Assembly (NCBI GenBank): GCA_000004695.1
Contig: CM000151.3
Location: 8,224,001-8,288,000 of the forward strand
Source: Dictyostelium discoideum
Lineage: Eukaryota
Reading direction: 5' to 3'
Length of the DNA: 64,000 nt
Positions 23,827-38,348 of this stretch are shown in pieces. The position numbers and the translations under genes were made by a program. The notes under the pieces were generated by a model that saw nothing but the letters and a program-made list of their open reading frames with translations, was not told the origin of the DNA and did not search any database. Position 1 is the first letter of the stretch, and each line of letters begins with the position of its first letter.

Positions 23827-26800
23827 TAAATATAAAGATGAAGATTATTTAGAAATTATTGAATTATTTATGAAATATAGAAGAGATGAATTTGAAATTA
23901 CTGATTTAATAATGATGGCAGTAAAAACTTATTCTCCAGATATTATTAGATTATTAGTTAATGAACCATATTCAGTTATAATTTATCCAACAACATTTGA
24001 ATTTGCAATTATAAATTCAAATTTAGCAACAATTAAAGAACTAATAAATTTAGAACCAACAAATTTTAAAAACTATGGTATTAAATTAATTAGTGAAGAA
24101 TTTAAAAGAAAATCATTATCATTGGCAGCACATAGAAAAACTCTTAAAACTACAATCACTGAATACATTTTTAGTAATCTATCATTATATTCAGTACCAC
24201 CACCATTATCATTATTAAATAATCAAATACAAGAACAACCATCAACAAATAAAAGATTAAAACTATCTGAAACTTCAAAACCAAATAATAATAATGACGA
24301 TAATAATAATGATAATGATAATAATGATAATGAGGAAATTAAATATGAATATATTAAATTTGAAGAATTTATAAAATTAAAATCAAGCAATTTATTAAAA
24401 TCATTTATGGAATTGGATATAGTAAAAGGTAGTTTTAAAAAGAATTTTAATTCATTTATTAAAATGTATCACCCATATGAGAGATTAAAAGTTGATATTA
24501 GAATTATATTAAAATATGGAGATATAATGTTACAACAAGTAAGTGGAGAAATTTTAGATAAAATGAATAAAATCGATACAAATAAACAAAAAGGTTTTAA
24601 TAAATTAAAAGAATTAAGAAAATTAACAGTAATAGAATTTCCAAAACAAAATAACTTTTATTACTATTATTGGAAAGCATATGGTGAAAAAATTAAAGGA
24701 CTTGATAGAATACCACCAAAATCAATTTCAAACCCAGATGAACAAGATTTTTTTCAATACCTTGATAGTAATGAAGAAAAACAATATGTTGAAGAAGATT
24801 ATTTTTTTGGAAATGGAAATGATGAAGAAGAAAACACTTCATTGGAGAATTATAATAATAATAATATTAATAATAATAATATTAATAATGAAGAAGAAGA
24901 AGAAGATGATGATGATGATGATGATGATGAAGAAGATGAAGAAGATGAAGATGAAGAGAATGAAGACGATGGAAATGAAGACGATGGAAATGATCAAGAA
25001 CTACCTGAAATGGATTCTGGATCTGATATAGATATTGAAAATGAAGTTGATGAAGAAACTATTAATGATTTAGAAAATAAAAAGAGATTTATAAATGGTT
25101 TTAATAAATTTAGAAAAGCATCAGTTTATGATATTTCTAATAGATATTCAGATTTAGATAATTCATATTTAAAAGCAATTAAAGAATGTAATATTGAAAT
25201 GTTAGAAGAGGTGAATAAAAATAATCCAAATTTTACATTGAATGTTTCCAAATTTCATTATTTCCAATTACCAACAGAATCTGAAGATGTGTTAAAGCTT
25301 TGGAAATTCTTTGTTGGACATGGATTTAAACAATTTCAATATAGTCAAGAAATATTCCTAGAATTCGTTTCAAGTGTAACCGATGTATTATCACCATCAA
25401 AATTGGAGATAGTAACACTTTGTGCTCCTCTTTTGAGAAGAATAGAATTTTTATTATTTGATACACTATTTAGAAAGAAATTTAACGCATTTGAAATATT
25501 ATTTAAAAGATTCTCTTTTTTAGAACCATTTTCAAAAGATGAATATACTGAACTTTTAAATCAGGAAAAGGTTATATTCAACATCAATGGTAAATTAGTG
25601 CAATTTGATAACAGCCATCTCAATCAAACAATCAGATTAATTTCATTAGTAGTGGCAAAGTTTCACCTACAAGCTTTAAACGCACCTCAGCATCCTAGTA
25701 TTAATAATAGTACTAAACCAGCACAACAATCATATAGTATAATTATAAACTATTTATATGATCAGTTACTTAGAATTAAAGGTTTAACAATTAATCACTT
25801 AGAACTTGTTAGATCAATTATTCCTGAACATTTCTTATCAGATGCACACAGTCAAGTGTTTCGTGTCTTTTTCTATCTTAATATCAGATCTTCAAAATTT
25901 TCAAAATACATAATTGAAAGACCTGGTGTTGATACTTTTATGTATATTTCAGAAGATTATGCAGAAAACTATAATTGTAGTGAACCACCAACTACAAATG
26001 TTGATGATATTGGTTTTGATATTAGAAAATATTTAAATTTAGATATCTTTACATATGATTTTATATTAGGTAGAGAATCAATTCAATCATATGGTACTGA
26101 TACTGTTGATAGTGTTGATAAGTTTAATAATAATAATAATAATAAAAAAAATTATAAAAAGTATATAACTCAATTCGATACAATATTAAAAGAATTAATG
26201 AAACAATTATCACATGACATTTGTACAAATATTGATAGAGATAGAATCACTGGAGGTCAAGATTTCTTTAATTATTCATTAAGTGCAGATTTAAGATTTA
26301 GTTTAGCCATTGGTAGAAAAGATATATTTTGGGAATTATTAGATTGGATTCAACAATATATTACTTTAAATGAAAATTTAATTAAATATCAAGTTTATCA
26401 ATTTAATTCACCATATGAATCATTATTACCAACTAGTACAATATATCCAAATGTAAAAATAATTAAAAAAGAATTGCCACCATCAACAACAAAAACAAAA
26501 ACAACATCAACAACAACAGCAGCAACAACAACAACAACTGAAAGTAGAATATTAAAAATTGATAATTTTGAAAATCCAATACCAAATGAATCATCAGTTA
26601 AAATTAATTGGAATGAAAATAAATTAGATGAATCATTTAAACCAATTTCAAAACTTATAAATTCATTTAAATTTTTTGAAGATGTATTGGATTCAATTTG
26701 TAAAGTAATGAATGTAAATGAAATTCAAAGATTTATTCAATATAATTTCTTTGAAACAAGTTTCCAATTTGCAATTTACTCTTATTTAGTATTTATGAAT

Positions 26801-27616
26801 AGAGATGATGTACTTTCATTCCTATTGAATAATTATAATATAGAGTTTGACATATTCCCATTCTTTCTACCAGAAAGAAGATATTCTCAATATTTAGAAT
26901 GTAAATTCATATTTGAAAATCATTTCGAAAGAGTAAAGAATATTTCAAATTTAAATATAGAATGGTGTGAAAGAAGAGATTTAGATTTCCCATCCACTGT
27001 ATTGAATGGGTTTGTTAAATTTCTTTGTAAAGAAAAGAATATCGCAATCTATAATCAGTTTATTCAAGAAAATGGTAATTTAGAAATTAGAAATAAAATT
27101 ATTAAAGAAACTATTGAAGTAATGAAAATAGAACTAGATGCAAACATTGATGAAGATGAAGATGATGATACTGAGAATTTCGCATTCATATTAAGAAATC
27201 AAAAACATAAAGTTTTACTCATTCAATCAATTATTGAACAACCAGATACTCAATTATACTTTAAATCAGCTTTAGATCAAGTTTTATTAGAATTAAAAGA
27301 GAAAAGAAAAACTGATAAAATTAATTCTCCATTCATTGAAAATCTTAAAAATCCATTCTTACAATCTTTTATTTATGGTGATATTAAAACTTGTGATATC
27401 ATTCTCAAATATTATCCAAATCAATTTAAAATCACTAAAGATTCAATCACTAAAGCATTAAAACTCGATAGAATCCATATTATTAAATATTATTATAAAG
27501 TTGATAATTGTAAAAATTTAATTAATAATTTTAAAAATGATAATAATTTATTAAAACATTTAAAAAATGAATTATCAAAACATCCAATTTATAAATATCA
27601 TTTAACTTGGTTATAA
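23429..27616 (+). CDS. Tandem-family paralog D (1395 aa)
   Basis: The ORF track begins at a GTG at 23399; the first ATG is at 23429 ('[30 protein letters not shown]'). Near-identical to paralog E. Contains a long poly-N tract and an acidic tract (24895-24990). Confidence 0.7.
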
Positions 27617-28135
27617 AACAAAATAATAAAAAAAAAAATTTAAATCACAGTGCTTCGAAATTTTTTCGGTTTGCGCTTAAAAAAAAAAAAAAAAAAATAA
27701 ATAAATAAATAAATAAATAAAATAAAATAAATAAAATAAAATAAAAATTAACAGAAAGATATTTTTTTATAATGAAAATCATTTAACTTTGTTATAAATA
27801 AAAATAAATCTTTTTTTTTTTTAATGATTTGTTTAATTGTTTCTAATATTTACAGTGGTCATATGGAAATAAAAAAAAAAAAAAAAAAAAAAAATAATAA
27901 AAAAACATATTAATTTATTTCTTTATTCTTTTTTTTTTAGAAAACTTTTGTCCACGTCATCTTACTGGTGAATTTGAAATGATGTGATCAATTTTTTTCA
28001 AGTCCAAAAATAGTTTTAAAAAAAAAAAATAATTTTTTTTTTAATTTTTTTAATTTTTTTTTTCATCAACCAATACTTTTTTTTTTTTTTCATTCATTCA
28101 AAACAGTGGTTAAGAAAAAACAAAAAATAATAATT

Positions 28136-28450
28136 ATGGAAATTCCAGAAATATTATTTTGGAAAGTTTTTAAAAATAAATTCATATTCAATGAGATATT
28201 AAATCAAATTCACAACAATGAATGGGTTGAATATGATGATCCAAATAAATATAGTGTTTACAATAGATGTAAATTTGGAAACACTCACTCATTGGAAATA
28301 ATGATAAAAAATGATCTACTCCCATTAATTAAAGATAAAATCAAAAATAATCATCATATAAAAATTGATCATTTTTCCATTAAAAATCTTTTTTTAAAAT
28401 TATCAAAAAAACAACCACAACAACAAAATATTCAAGAAGAACAAACCATA

Positions 28451-28512
<62 letters not shown>

Positions 28513-30782
28513 TAAATATAAAGATGAAGATTATTTAGAAATTATTGAATTATTTATGAAATATAGAAGAGATGAATTTGAAATTACTGATTTAATAAAG
28601 ATGGCAGTAAAAACTTATTCACCAGATGTTATTAGATTATTAGTTAATGAACCATATTCAGTTATGATTTATCCAACAACATTTGAATTTGCAATTATAA
28701 ATTCAAATTTAGCAACAATTAAAGAACTAATAAATTTAGAACCAACAAATTTTAAAAACTATGGTATTAAATTAATTAGTGAAGAATTTAAAAGAAAATC
28801 ATTATCATTAGCAGCACATAGAAAAACTCTTAAAACCACAATCACTGAATACATTTTTAGTAATCCATCATTATATTCAATACCACCACCATTATCATTA
28901 ACAAATAATCAAACACAAGAACAACCATCAACAAATAAAAGATTAAGACTATCTGAAACTTTAGAATCAAATAACAATAGTAATAATAATAATAATAATG
29001 ATGATGATAATAATGATAATAATAATGATAATGAAGAAATTAAATATGAATATATTAGATTTGAAGAATTTATAAAATTAAAATCAAGCAATTTATTAAA
29101 ATCATTCATGAAATTGGATATAGTAAAAGGTAGTTTTAAAAAGAATTTTAATTCATTTATTAAAATGTATCATCCATATGAGAGATTAAAAGTTGATATT
29201 AGAATTATATTAAAATATGGAGATATAATGTTACAACAAGTAAGTGGAGAAATTTTAGATAAAATGAATAAAATCGATACAAATAAACAAAAAGGTTTTA
29301 ATAAATTAAAAGAATTAAGAAAATTAACAGTAATAGAATTTCCAAAACAAAATAACTTTTATTACTATTATTGGAAAGCATATGGTGAAAAAATTAAAGG
29401 ACTTGATAGAATACCACCAAAATCAATTTCAAACCCAGATGAACAAGATTTTTTTCAATACCTTGATAGTAATGAAGAAAAACAATATGTTGAAGAAGAT
29501 TATTTTTTTGGAAATGGAAATGATGAAGAAGAAAACACTTCATTAGAGAATAATAATAATATTAATATTAATAATAATAATGAAGAGGAAGAAGAAGATG
29601 ATGATGAAGAAGAAGAAGAAGGTGATGAAGATGAGGATGATGGAAATGATCAAGAACTACCTGAAATGGATTCTGGATCTGATATAGATATTGAAAATGA
29701 AGTTGATGAAGAAACTATTAATGATTTAGAAAATAAAAAGAGATTTATAAATGGTTTTAATAAATTTAGAAAAGCATCAGTTTATGATATTTCTAATAGA
29801 TATTCAGATTTAGATAATTCATATTTAAAAGCAATTAAAGAATGTAATATTGAAATGTTAGAAGAGGTGAATAAAAATAATCCAAATTTTACATTGAATG
29901 TTTCCAAATTTCATTATTTCCAATTACCAACAGAATCTGAAGATGTGTTAAAGCTTTGGAAATTCTTTGTTGGACATGGATTTAAACAATTTCAATATAG
30001 TCAAGAAATATTCCTAGAATTCGTTTCAAGTGTAACCGATGTATTATCACCATCAAAATTGGAGATAGTAACACTTTGTACTCCTCTTTTGAGAAAAATA
30101 GAATTTTTATTATTTGATACACTATTTAGAAAGAAATTTAACGCATTTGAAATATTATTTAAAAGATTCTCTTTTTTAGAACCATTTTCAAAAGATCAAT
30201 ATACTGAACTTTTAAATCAGGAAAAGGTTATATTCAACATCAATGGTAAATTAGTGCAATTTGATAACAGCCATCTCAATCAAACAATCAGATTAATTTC
30301 ATTAGTAGTGGCAAGGTTTCACCTACATACTTTAAACGCACCTCAGCATCCTAGTAGTATTAATAATAGTACTAAACCAGCACAACAATCATATAGTATA
30401 ATTATAAACTATTTATATGATCAGTTACTTAGAATTAAAGGTTTAACAATTAATCACTTAGAACTTGTTAGATCAATTATTCCTGAACATTTTTTATCAG
30501 ATGCACACAGTCAAGTGTTTCGTGTCTTTTTCTATCTTAATATCAGATCTTCAAAATTTTCAAAATACATAATTGAAAGACCTGGTGTTGATACTTTTAT
30601 GTATATTTCAGAAGATTATGCAGAAAACTATAATTGTAGTGAACCACCAACTACAAATGTTGATGATATTGGTTTTGATATTAGAAAATATTTAAACTTA
30701 GATATCTTTACATATGATTTTATATTAGGTAGAGAATCAATTCAATCACATGGTATTAATACTGCTGATAGTGCTGATAAGT

Positions 30783-30837
<55 letters not shown>

Positions 30838-31193
30838 GTACAAAACTCAATTCGATACAATATTAAAAGAATTAATGAAACAATTATCACTTGATATTTG
30901 TACAAATATTGATAGAGATAGAATTACTGGAGGTCAAGATTTCTTTAATCATTCATTAAGTGCAGATTTAAAATTCAGTTTAGATATTCGTAGAAAAGAT
31001 ATATTTTGGGAATTATTAGATTGGATTCAACAATATATGATTAAAAATGAAAATTTAATTAAATATCTAGTTTATCAATTTAATTCACCATATGAATCAT
31101 TATTACCAACTAGTACAATATATCCAAATGTAAAAATAATTAAAAAAGAATTGCCACCATCAACAACAAAAACAAAAACAACAACATCAACAT

Positions 31194-31224
<31 letters not shown>

Positions 31225-32299
31225 TGAAAGTAGAATATTAAAAATTGATAATTTTGAAAATCCAATACCAAATGAATCATCAGTTAAAATTAATTGGAAT
31301 GAAAATAAATTAGATGAATCATTTAAACCAATTTCAAAACTTATAAATTCATTTAAATTTTTTGAAGATGTATTGGATTCAATTTGTATAGTAATGAATG
31401 TAAATGAAATTCAGAGATTTATTCAATATAATTTCTTTGAAACAAATTTCCAATTTGCAATTTACTCTTATTTAGTATCTATAAATAGAGATGATGTACT
31501 TTCATTCCTATTGAATAATTATAATATAGAGTTTGACGTATTCCCATTCTTTCAACCTGAAAGAAGATATTCTCAATATTTAGAATGTAAATTCGTATTT
31601 GAAAATCATTTCGAAAGAGTAAAGAATATTTCAAATTTAAATATAGAATGGTGTGAAAGAAGAGATTTAGATTTCCCATCCACTGTATTGAATGGGTTTG
31701 TTAAATTTCTTTGTAAAGAAAAGAATATCGCAATCTATAATCAGTTTATTCAAGAAAATGGTAATTTAGAAATTAGAAATAAAATTTTTAAAGAAACAAT
31801 TGAAGTAATGAAAAAAGAATTAGATGAAAACATTGAAGATGAAGATGATGATACTGAGAATTTCGCATTCATATTAAGAAATCAAAAACATAAAGTTTTA
31901 CTCATTCAATCAATTATTGAACAACCAGATACTCAATTATACTTTAAATCAGCTTTAGATCAAGTTTTATTAGAATTAAAAGAGAAAAGAAAAACTGATA
32001 AAATTAATTCTCCATTAATTGAAAATCTTAAAAATCCATTCTTACAATCTTTTATTTATGGTGATATTAAAATTTGTGATATCATTCTCAAATATTATCC
32101 AAATCAATTTAAAATCACTAAAGATTCAATCACTAAAGCATTAAAATTCGATAGAATCCATATTATTAAATATTATTATAAAGTTGATAATTGTAAAAAT
32201 TTAATTAATAATTTTAAAAATGATAATAATTTATTGGAACATTTAAAAAATGAATTATCAAAACATCCAATTTATAAATATCATTTAACTTGGTTATAA
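28136..32299 (+). CDS. Tandem-family paralog E (1387 aa), recent duplicate of D
   Basis: The first ATG is at 28136 (the ORF track starts at a GTG at 28106). The protein aligns with D essentially residue-for-residue. Differences are concentrated in the lengths of poly-N, acidic and poly-T tracts. The upstream and downstream spacers also match those of D. Confidence 0.7.
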
Positions 32300-32785
32300 A
32301 AAAAAAAAAAAAACTAAAAAAAAAGACAAACTATAATAATAAATAGATAAAAACTTTAAAAAAATTAATTGTCAAAATAATCAGTTATAAAAATCATTTA
32401 ACTTAAAGTTATGAATGCCAAAAAAACAAATAAAAAAAAAAAAAATAAAAAAAAAAAAAATAAAAAAATAGTAGTAATAAAAATAAAAATAAAATTTTTT
32501 ATTATTTAAATTTATAATAATTTATTCATCAAAATTACATTTTTTTTTTTTTTTTTTTAGAATCAATATTAATTATATTTTTAGAATTTTATTTCAACCA
32601 AACGGATACACTTGGGACCTTTGTTTTACTTTTATACTTTTTTTTTTTTTTTTTTTGGCCTAAATTTTTATTATTCAAAATTGTGTTCAAATATGTTTTT
32701 TTTTTTTTTGATATTTTTAATAATAATAATAAGAAAAAAAAAAAAACATTATCATTTTAATTATAATAATAATAATTTATAACAG

Positions 32786-32845
<60 letters not shown>

Positions 32846-32931
32846 ATCATGATATAATATTATCTAAATTTGCTGTGAACAGATCTTAAAAAATTAAAAT
32901 TATAAAAATTATAAAAAAATTAAAAAAAAAA

Positions 32932-32962
<31 letters not shown>

Positions 32963-33034
32963 TTACCCACATTTTAAAATTTTTTTTTTTTTTTTTTTTG
33001 TCATAGTAATAATAGAAACAAATAGATATTGCAA

Positions 33035-33322
33035 ATGGAAATACATGAAATATTATTTTGGAAAGTTTTTAAAAATAAATTTATATTAAATGAAATATTT
33101 TATCAAATTCACAGCAATCAATGGGTAGAATATGATGAATCAAATAAATATAATGTTACCAATAGATGTAAATTTGGAAACACTCACTTCTTACAAATAA
33201 TGATAAAAAACGATCTACTCTCATTAATTAAAGATAAAATCAAACATGGTGATCATATAGAAATTACTCCCTCTTCAATAAAAGAACTTTTCTCAAAATT
33301 ATCAAAAATAAAACAACCATCA

Positions 33323-33390
<68 letters not shown>

Positions 33391-33874
33391 TAAAAATAAA
33401 TATAAAGATGAAGATTATTTAGAAATTATTGAATTATTAATGAAACATAGAAGAGATGAATTTGAAATTTATGATTTAATAAAGATAGCAGTAGCTACTT
33501 TTTCACCAGATGTTATTAGATTATTAGTTAATGAACCATATTCAGTTATAATTTATCCAACAACATTTGAATTTGCAATTATAAATTCAAATTTAGAAAC
33601 AATTAAAGAATTAGTAAATTTAGAACCAATAAATTTTAAAAATTATGGTATTAAATTAATAACAGAACAATTCAAAAGAAAATCATTATCATTAGCAACC
33701 CAAAGAACAACTCTTAAAACTACAATCACTGAATACATTTTTAGTAATCCATCACTACACTCAATACCACCACCATTATCACTAATAATAAATAATCAAC
33801 AAGACCCATCAACAAATAAAAGATTAAAAACATCTGAAACTTTACTTTCAAATTCAAATAATAACAATAACAAC

Positions 33875-33906
<32 letters not shown>

Positions 33907-34477
33907 TAATAATAATAAAAATAATAATGAAGAAATAAAATATGAATATATTAAATTTTATGACTTTTTAAAATTAAAATCAAGTAATTTATTAAAATCA
34001 TTTATGGAATTAGATATAGTTTTAAAAGGATTAAAAAAGAAATTAAATTCATTTATTAAAATGTATCATCCATATGAAAGATTACAAATTGATATTAGAA
34101 TTATACTAAAGTATGGAGATACAATTTCAGATATAAAAAAAAGAGAAGAGATTTTAGAAGAAATGAATCAAATTGATACAAATAAAAAAACAGGTTTTAA
34201 TAAATTAAAACAGTTAAGAAAATTAGTAGCAATAGAATTCCCAAATCAAAAAAACTTTTATTACTATTATTGGAAAGCATATGGTGATAAAATTAAAGAA
34301 CTTGGTAAAGTACCACCAAAAATTCCACCTCAAAACACAACTGATGAAATTTTTGAATACCTTTATTCTGAAGAATATTTAAATCAATTTAATGATGATG
34401 ATTATGGTGATGATGAAGAACCACAAAATAATAATAACAACAATAACAATAACAATAATAATAACAATATTATTATT

Positions 34478-34562
<85 letters not shown>

Positions 34563-35766
34563 TAAATAATAATGAGATAGAGAATGAAGGAGGGAATATT
34601 CAAGTTGAAAATGAAGGAAATGTTGAAGATATGGATGGTGATGAATTATTAGAGCAATTAGAGACAGTAGTGAATGATGGTGAATCAGATTCTGATAGGG
34701 AATTTAATAATGAAGTTGATGAAGAAAAGGGAGATACAATTACTATTAAAAGAGAATATATTAATAATTTTAATAAATATAAAAAAGAAACAGTTTATAA
34801 TATATCCAATAGATATTCAAATTCTACCAATTTATTTTTGGATTCAATTAGGGAATGTGATATTGAAACCTTAGAAAAGATAGATCAACTCCATAATTTA
34901 GAGTTTAAATTGGATGTTTCAAGATTTCATTATTTTCAATTACCAAAAGAAAGAAAAGATATAATGAAAGTTTGGGAATACTTTAATCATCATGGATTTA
35001 AACAATTTGGGTCAAGTCAAAAAGCTTTTATTGAATTTGTTTCAAGTGTGGCAGATGTGATATCACCACTTTCAGAATTGAAAATAACAAATACTTGTAA
35101 ATCAATCTCTAGAAACTATGATTTTATATTATATAGAACATTATTTAGAAAGAAATTTAATGTTTTCGAATTACTTTTAAGACATTCCACTCTTTCTTGG
35201 TTTCCATTTTTAGAGAATGATCAATTCTTGGAGATTTTAAATCAAGAAAAGGTGATATTCAATCATCAATGTGAAGTGATTCAATTTGATAATAAATATC
35301 TTGATCAAATAATCAGATTAATTGAATTCAGTGTTGGGAAATTTCAATTGGTTGAAAAAGCTAGAGATCATTTATTGGCACAAGGATTTCAAGTTGGTAT
35401 TAGAATTGTAAATTATTTATATGATGAATTAATTAGAATTAAAGGTGTGACAATAGATCAATTAGAATATGTTAGATCAATTATTCCAAAGGAAGCATTA
35501 AATACACCATATGAAATCTATCGAGTTTTCTTTTATCTTAATATCAGATCTCCAAAATTAACAAGATACATAATGTATAGACCTGCAACCATTGAATTCA
35601 TATCAACCTCTGAATTATTTATTAGTCATTATAATTGTAGTGATCCAACAACAATTGATGAAATTGGTTTTGATTTTAAAAAATATTTAAATTTAGATAT
35701 ATTCACATATGATTATATATTAGGTAGAGAGAATATTAGAAATGTTTCTATTAATAGTAGTAGTAT

Positions 35767-35816
<50 letters not shown>

Positions 35817-37279
35817 ATAAAAGATTTATAACTCAATTCGATACAATATTAAAAGAATTAATGAAACAATTATCACATGATATTTGTACAAACATTAGTA
35901 ATAGAGATAATATTGTTCATGGTCAAGATTTCTTTAATCACTCATTAAATGCAGATTTAAGATTTAGTTTAGCTATTGGTAGAAAGGATTTATTTTGGGA
36001 ATTATTAGATTGGATTCAACAATATATAAATAAAAATGAAAATTTAATGAAGTATCAAGTTTATCAATTTAATTCACCATATGAATCATTATTACCAACT
36101 GGTAGTTTATTTTCAAATGTAAAAACAATTATAAAAGAATTACCAACGACAACAACAACAACAACAAGAACAAGAACGACAACAACATCAACAACAACTG
36201 AAACTAAAATATTAAAAATTGATAATTTTGAAAGACCAATACCGAATGAATCAACAATTCAAATTGATTGGAATGAAAATAAATTAATTGGACCATTTAA
36301 ACCAATTCGTAAACTTATAAATTCATTTAAATATATTGATATTGTTATGAATTCAATTTGTAAATTAATGGATGTAAATGAATTTCAAAGATTTATTCAA
36401 TATAATTTCTTTGAATCAGATTTTCAATTTACAATTTATTCATATGCAGTATATAATAATAGAGATGATTTAATGTCATTCCTATTAAATAATTATATTA
36501 TTGAAATTGATAGATTCCCATTCTTTCATCCAGAAAGAGGCTATTCACAATATTTAGAATGTAAATTCATCTTTGAAAATCATTTCGAAAGAGTAAAGAA
36601 TCTTTCAAATTTAACTTTGGAATGGTGTGAAAGAAGAGATTTAGATTTCTCATTCTCTCTATTGAATGATTTTATTAAATATCTTTGTAAAGCAAAGCAT
36701 ATAACAACCTATAATCAGTTTATTCAAGATGATAATTTACAAATTAGAAATAAAATTATTAAAGAAATAATTGAAGAATTAAAGAAACAATATGACTCGA
36801 TCTTAGATGTAGTTGAAGATGAAGATATTAAAAAAGAGAATATCGCATGTCTATTAAAAAATCAAAAACATAAAGTTTCACTCATTCAATCAATTATTGA
36901 ACAACCAGATACTCAATTATACTTTAAATCAACTTTAGAAAAAATTATATTAGAATTAAAAGAGAAAAGAAAAATTAATGAAATTAATTCTCCATTCATT
37001 AAAGATGATCAAAATCCATTCTTGGATTCTTTTATTCATGGTGATATTAAAACTTGTAATATCATTCTCAAATATTATCCAAATCAATTTAAATTCACTA
37101 CAAGTTCAATCACTAAGGCATTAGGATTAGATAAAATTCATATTATTAAATATTTTTATAAAGTTGATAATTGTAAAAATTTAATTAATAATTTTAAAAA
37201 TGATAATAATTTATTAAAACATTTAAAAAATGAATTATTAAAACATCCAGTTTATAAATATCATTTAACTTGGTTATAA
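33035..37279 (+). CDS. Tandem-family paralog F (1414 aa), most divergent intact copy; contains a ~55-residue uninterrupted poly-Asn run and a poly-Ser run
   Basis: The first ATG is at 33035 (the ORF track starts at a TTG at 33029). Poly-N lies at 34430-34570. '(S)n' lies at 35755-35815, at the position where paralog A has its S/G-rich tract. The C-terminus is '...[13 protein letters not shown]'. Confidence 0.7.
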
Positions 37280-37387
37280 AAAACAAATAAAAATAATAAA
37301 AACAAATAAAAACAATTAAAAAATTAAAAATTAACTTTTAAAAATAAAAATAAAATAAAATTCTTTAAAAAGACTGCAAATAACGCT

Positions 37388-37431
<44 letters not shown>

Positions 37432-37907
37432 TATTTTTTTTTTTTTAAAATAAATAATTATAAAATATATGAAAAAATAATTAAATAAAATAATTTTTAT
37501 ATTTTTATTTTATTTATTTTAATTTAATTTTTTTATTTATTTTTATTTAACAATAATAAAATAATAAATAAAAAAATAAAAATAAAAAAATAAAAATAAA
37601 AAAATAAAAATAAAAAAATAAAAATAAAAAAATAAAAAAAAGAAAATAAAAAAAAAGAAAATAATTTTTTTTTGCCCTTAAAATGATTGGTTAGTTGGAA
37701 AAAAAATCTTTTTTATTATCATAAAAGTGAGTAAAAAAAAAAATATAAAAAATTAAAAAAATTAAAAAAATTTAGAAAAATGTTGCTACATCCAAAAATA
37801 AAAATCATCTTATTCCACCAAACTTCGTGCAAGGTTTTTTTTTTACAGTTTCAAATAAATAAAAATGAATAAAAATTGGAATTAAATGGTAAACCGTTTA
37901 CAAAAAA

Positions 37908-38033
37908 AATGTCACTTTGCTGGCATTTTTTTTTATTGATAGATTTGGTTTATTTTTTCTTTTCTTTTTTTTTTTTTTTTTTTTTTATAATGTCACTTTG
38001 TTGGCATTTTTTTTATTGATTGATTTGGTTAAT

Positions 38034-38045
<12 letters not shown>
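37908..38045. repeat. Two copies of a ~55-bp element ('atgtcactttgYtggcatttttttt(t)attgatWgatttggtt...') in the intergenic region upstream of the Stealth-family gene
   Basis: Seen directly at 37908-37962 and 37990-38045. Confidence 0.7.
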
Positions 38046-38064
<19 letters not shown>

Positions 38065-38070
38065 CCAATG

Positions 38071-38102
<32 letters not shown>

Positions 38103-38202
38103 AAAAAAAATTAATAAATGAAAAAATAATAATAAATAAAATAATAAAAATAATAAAAATAAAAAAAAAAAAAAAATAAAATAAAATAATAAAAATAAAA
38201 AA

Positions 38203-38301
38203 ATGTTATTAAAAAGAGTAGATACTTTGACAATAACATTAATACTGATAATTCTTTTTTTTATTTATCAACCTTTATTTTTTGGTCATGTTAAAAATAG
38301 T

Positions 38302-38348
<47 letters not shown>

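Noticed and set aside
150-37300. Tandem array as a CRISPR array, satellite or transposon cluster
   Set aside because: The units are 4-5 kb protein-coding genes, not short repeat-spacer units. No reverse transcriptase, integrase or transposase ORFs, LTRs or TIRs were seen. The repeat structure is gene duplication.
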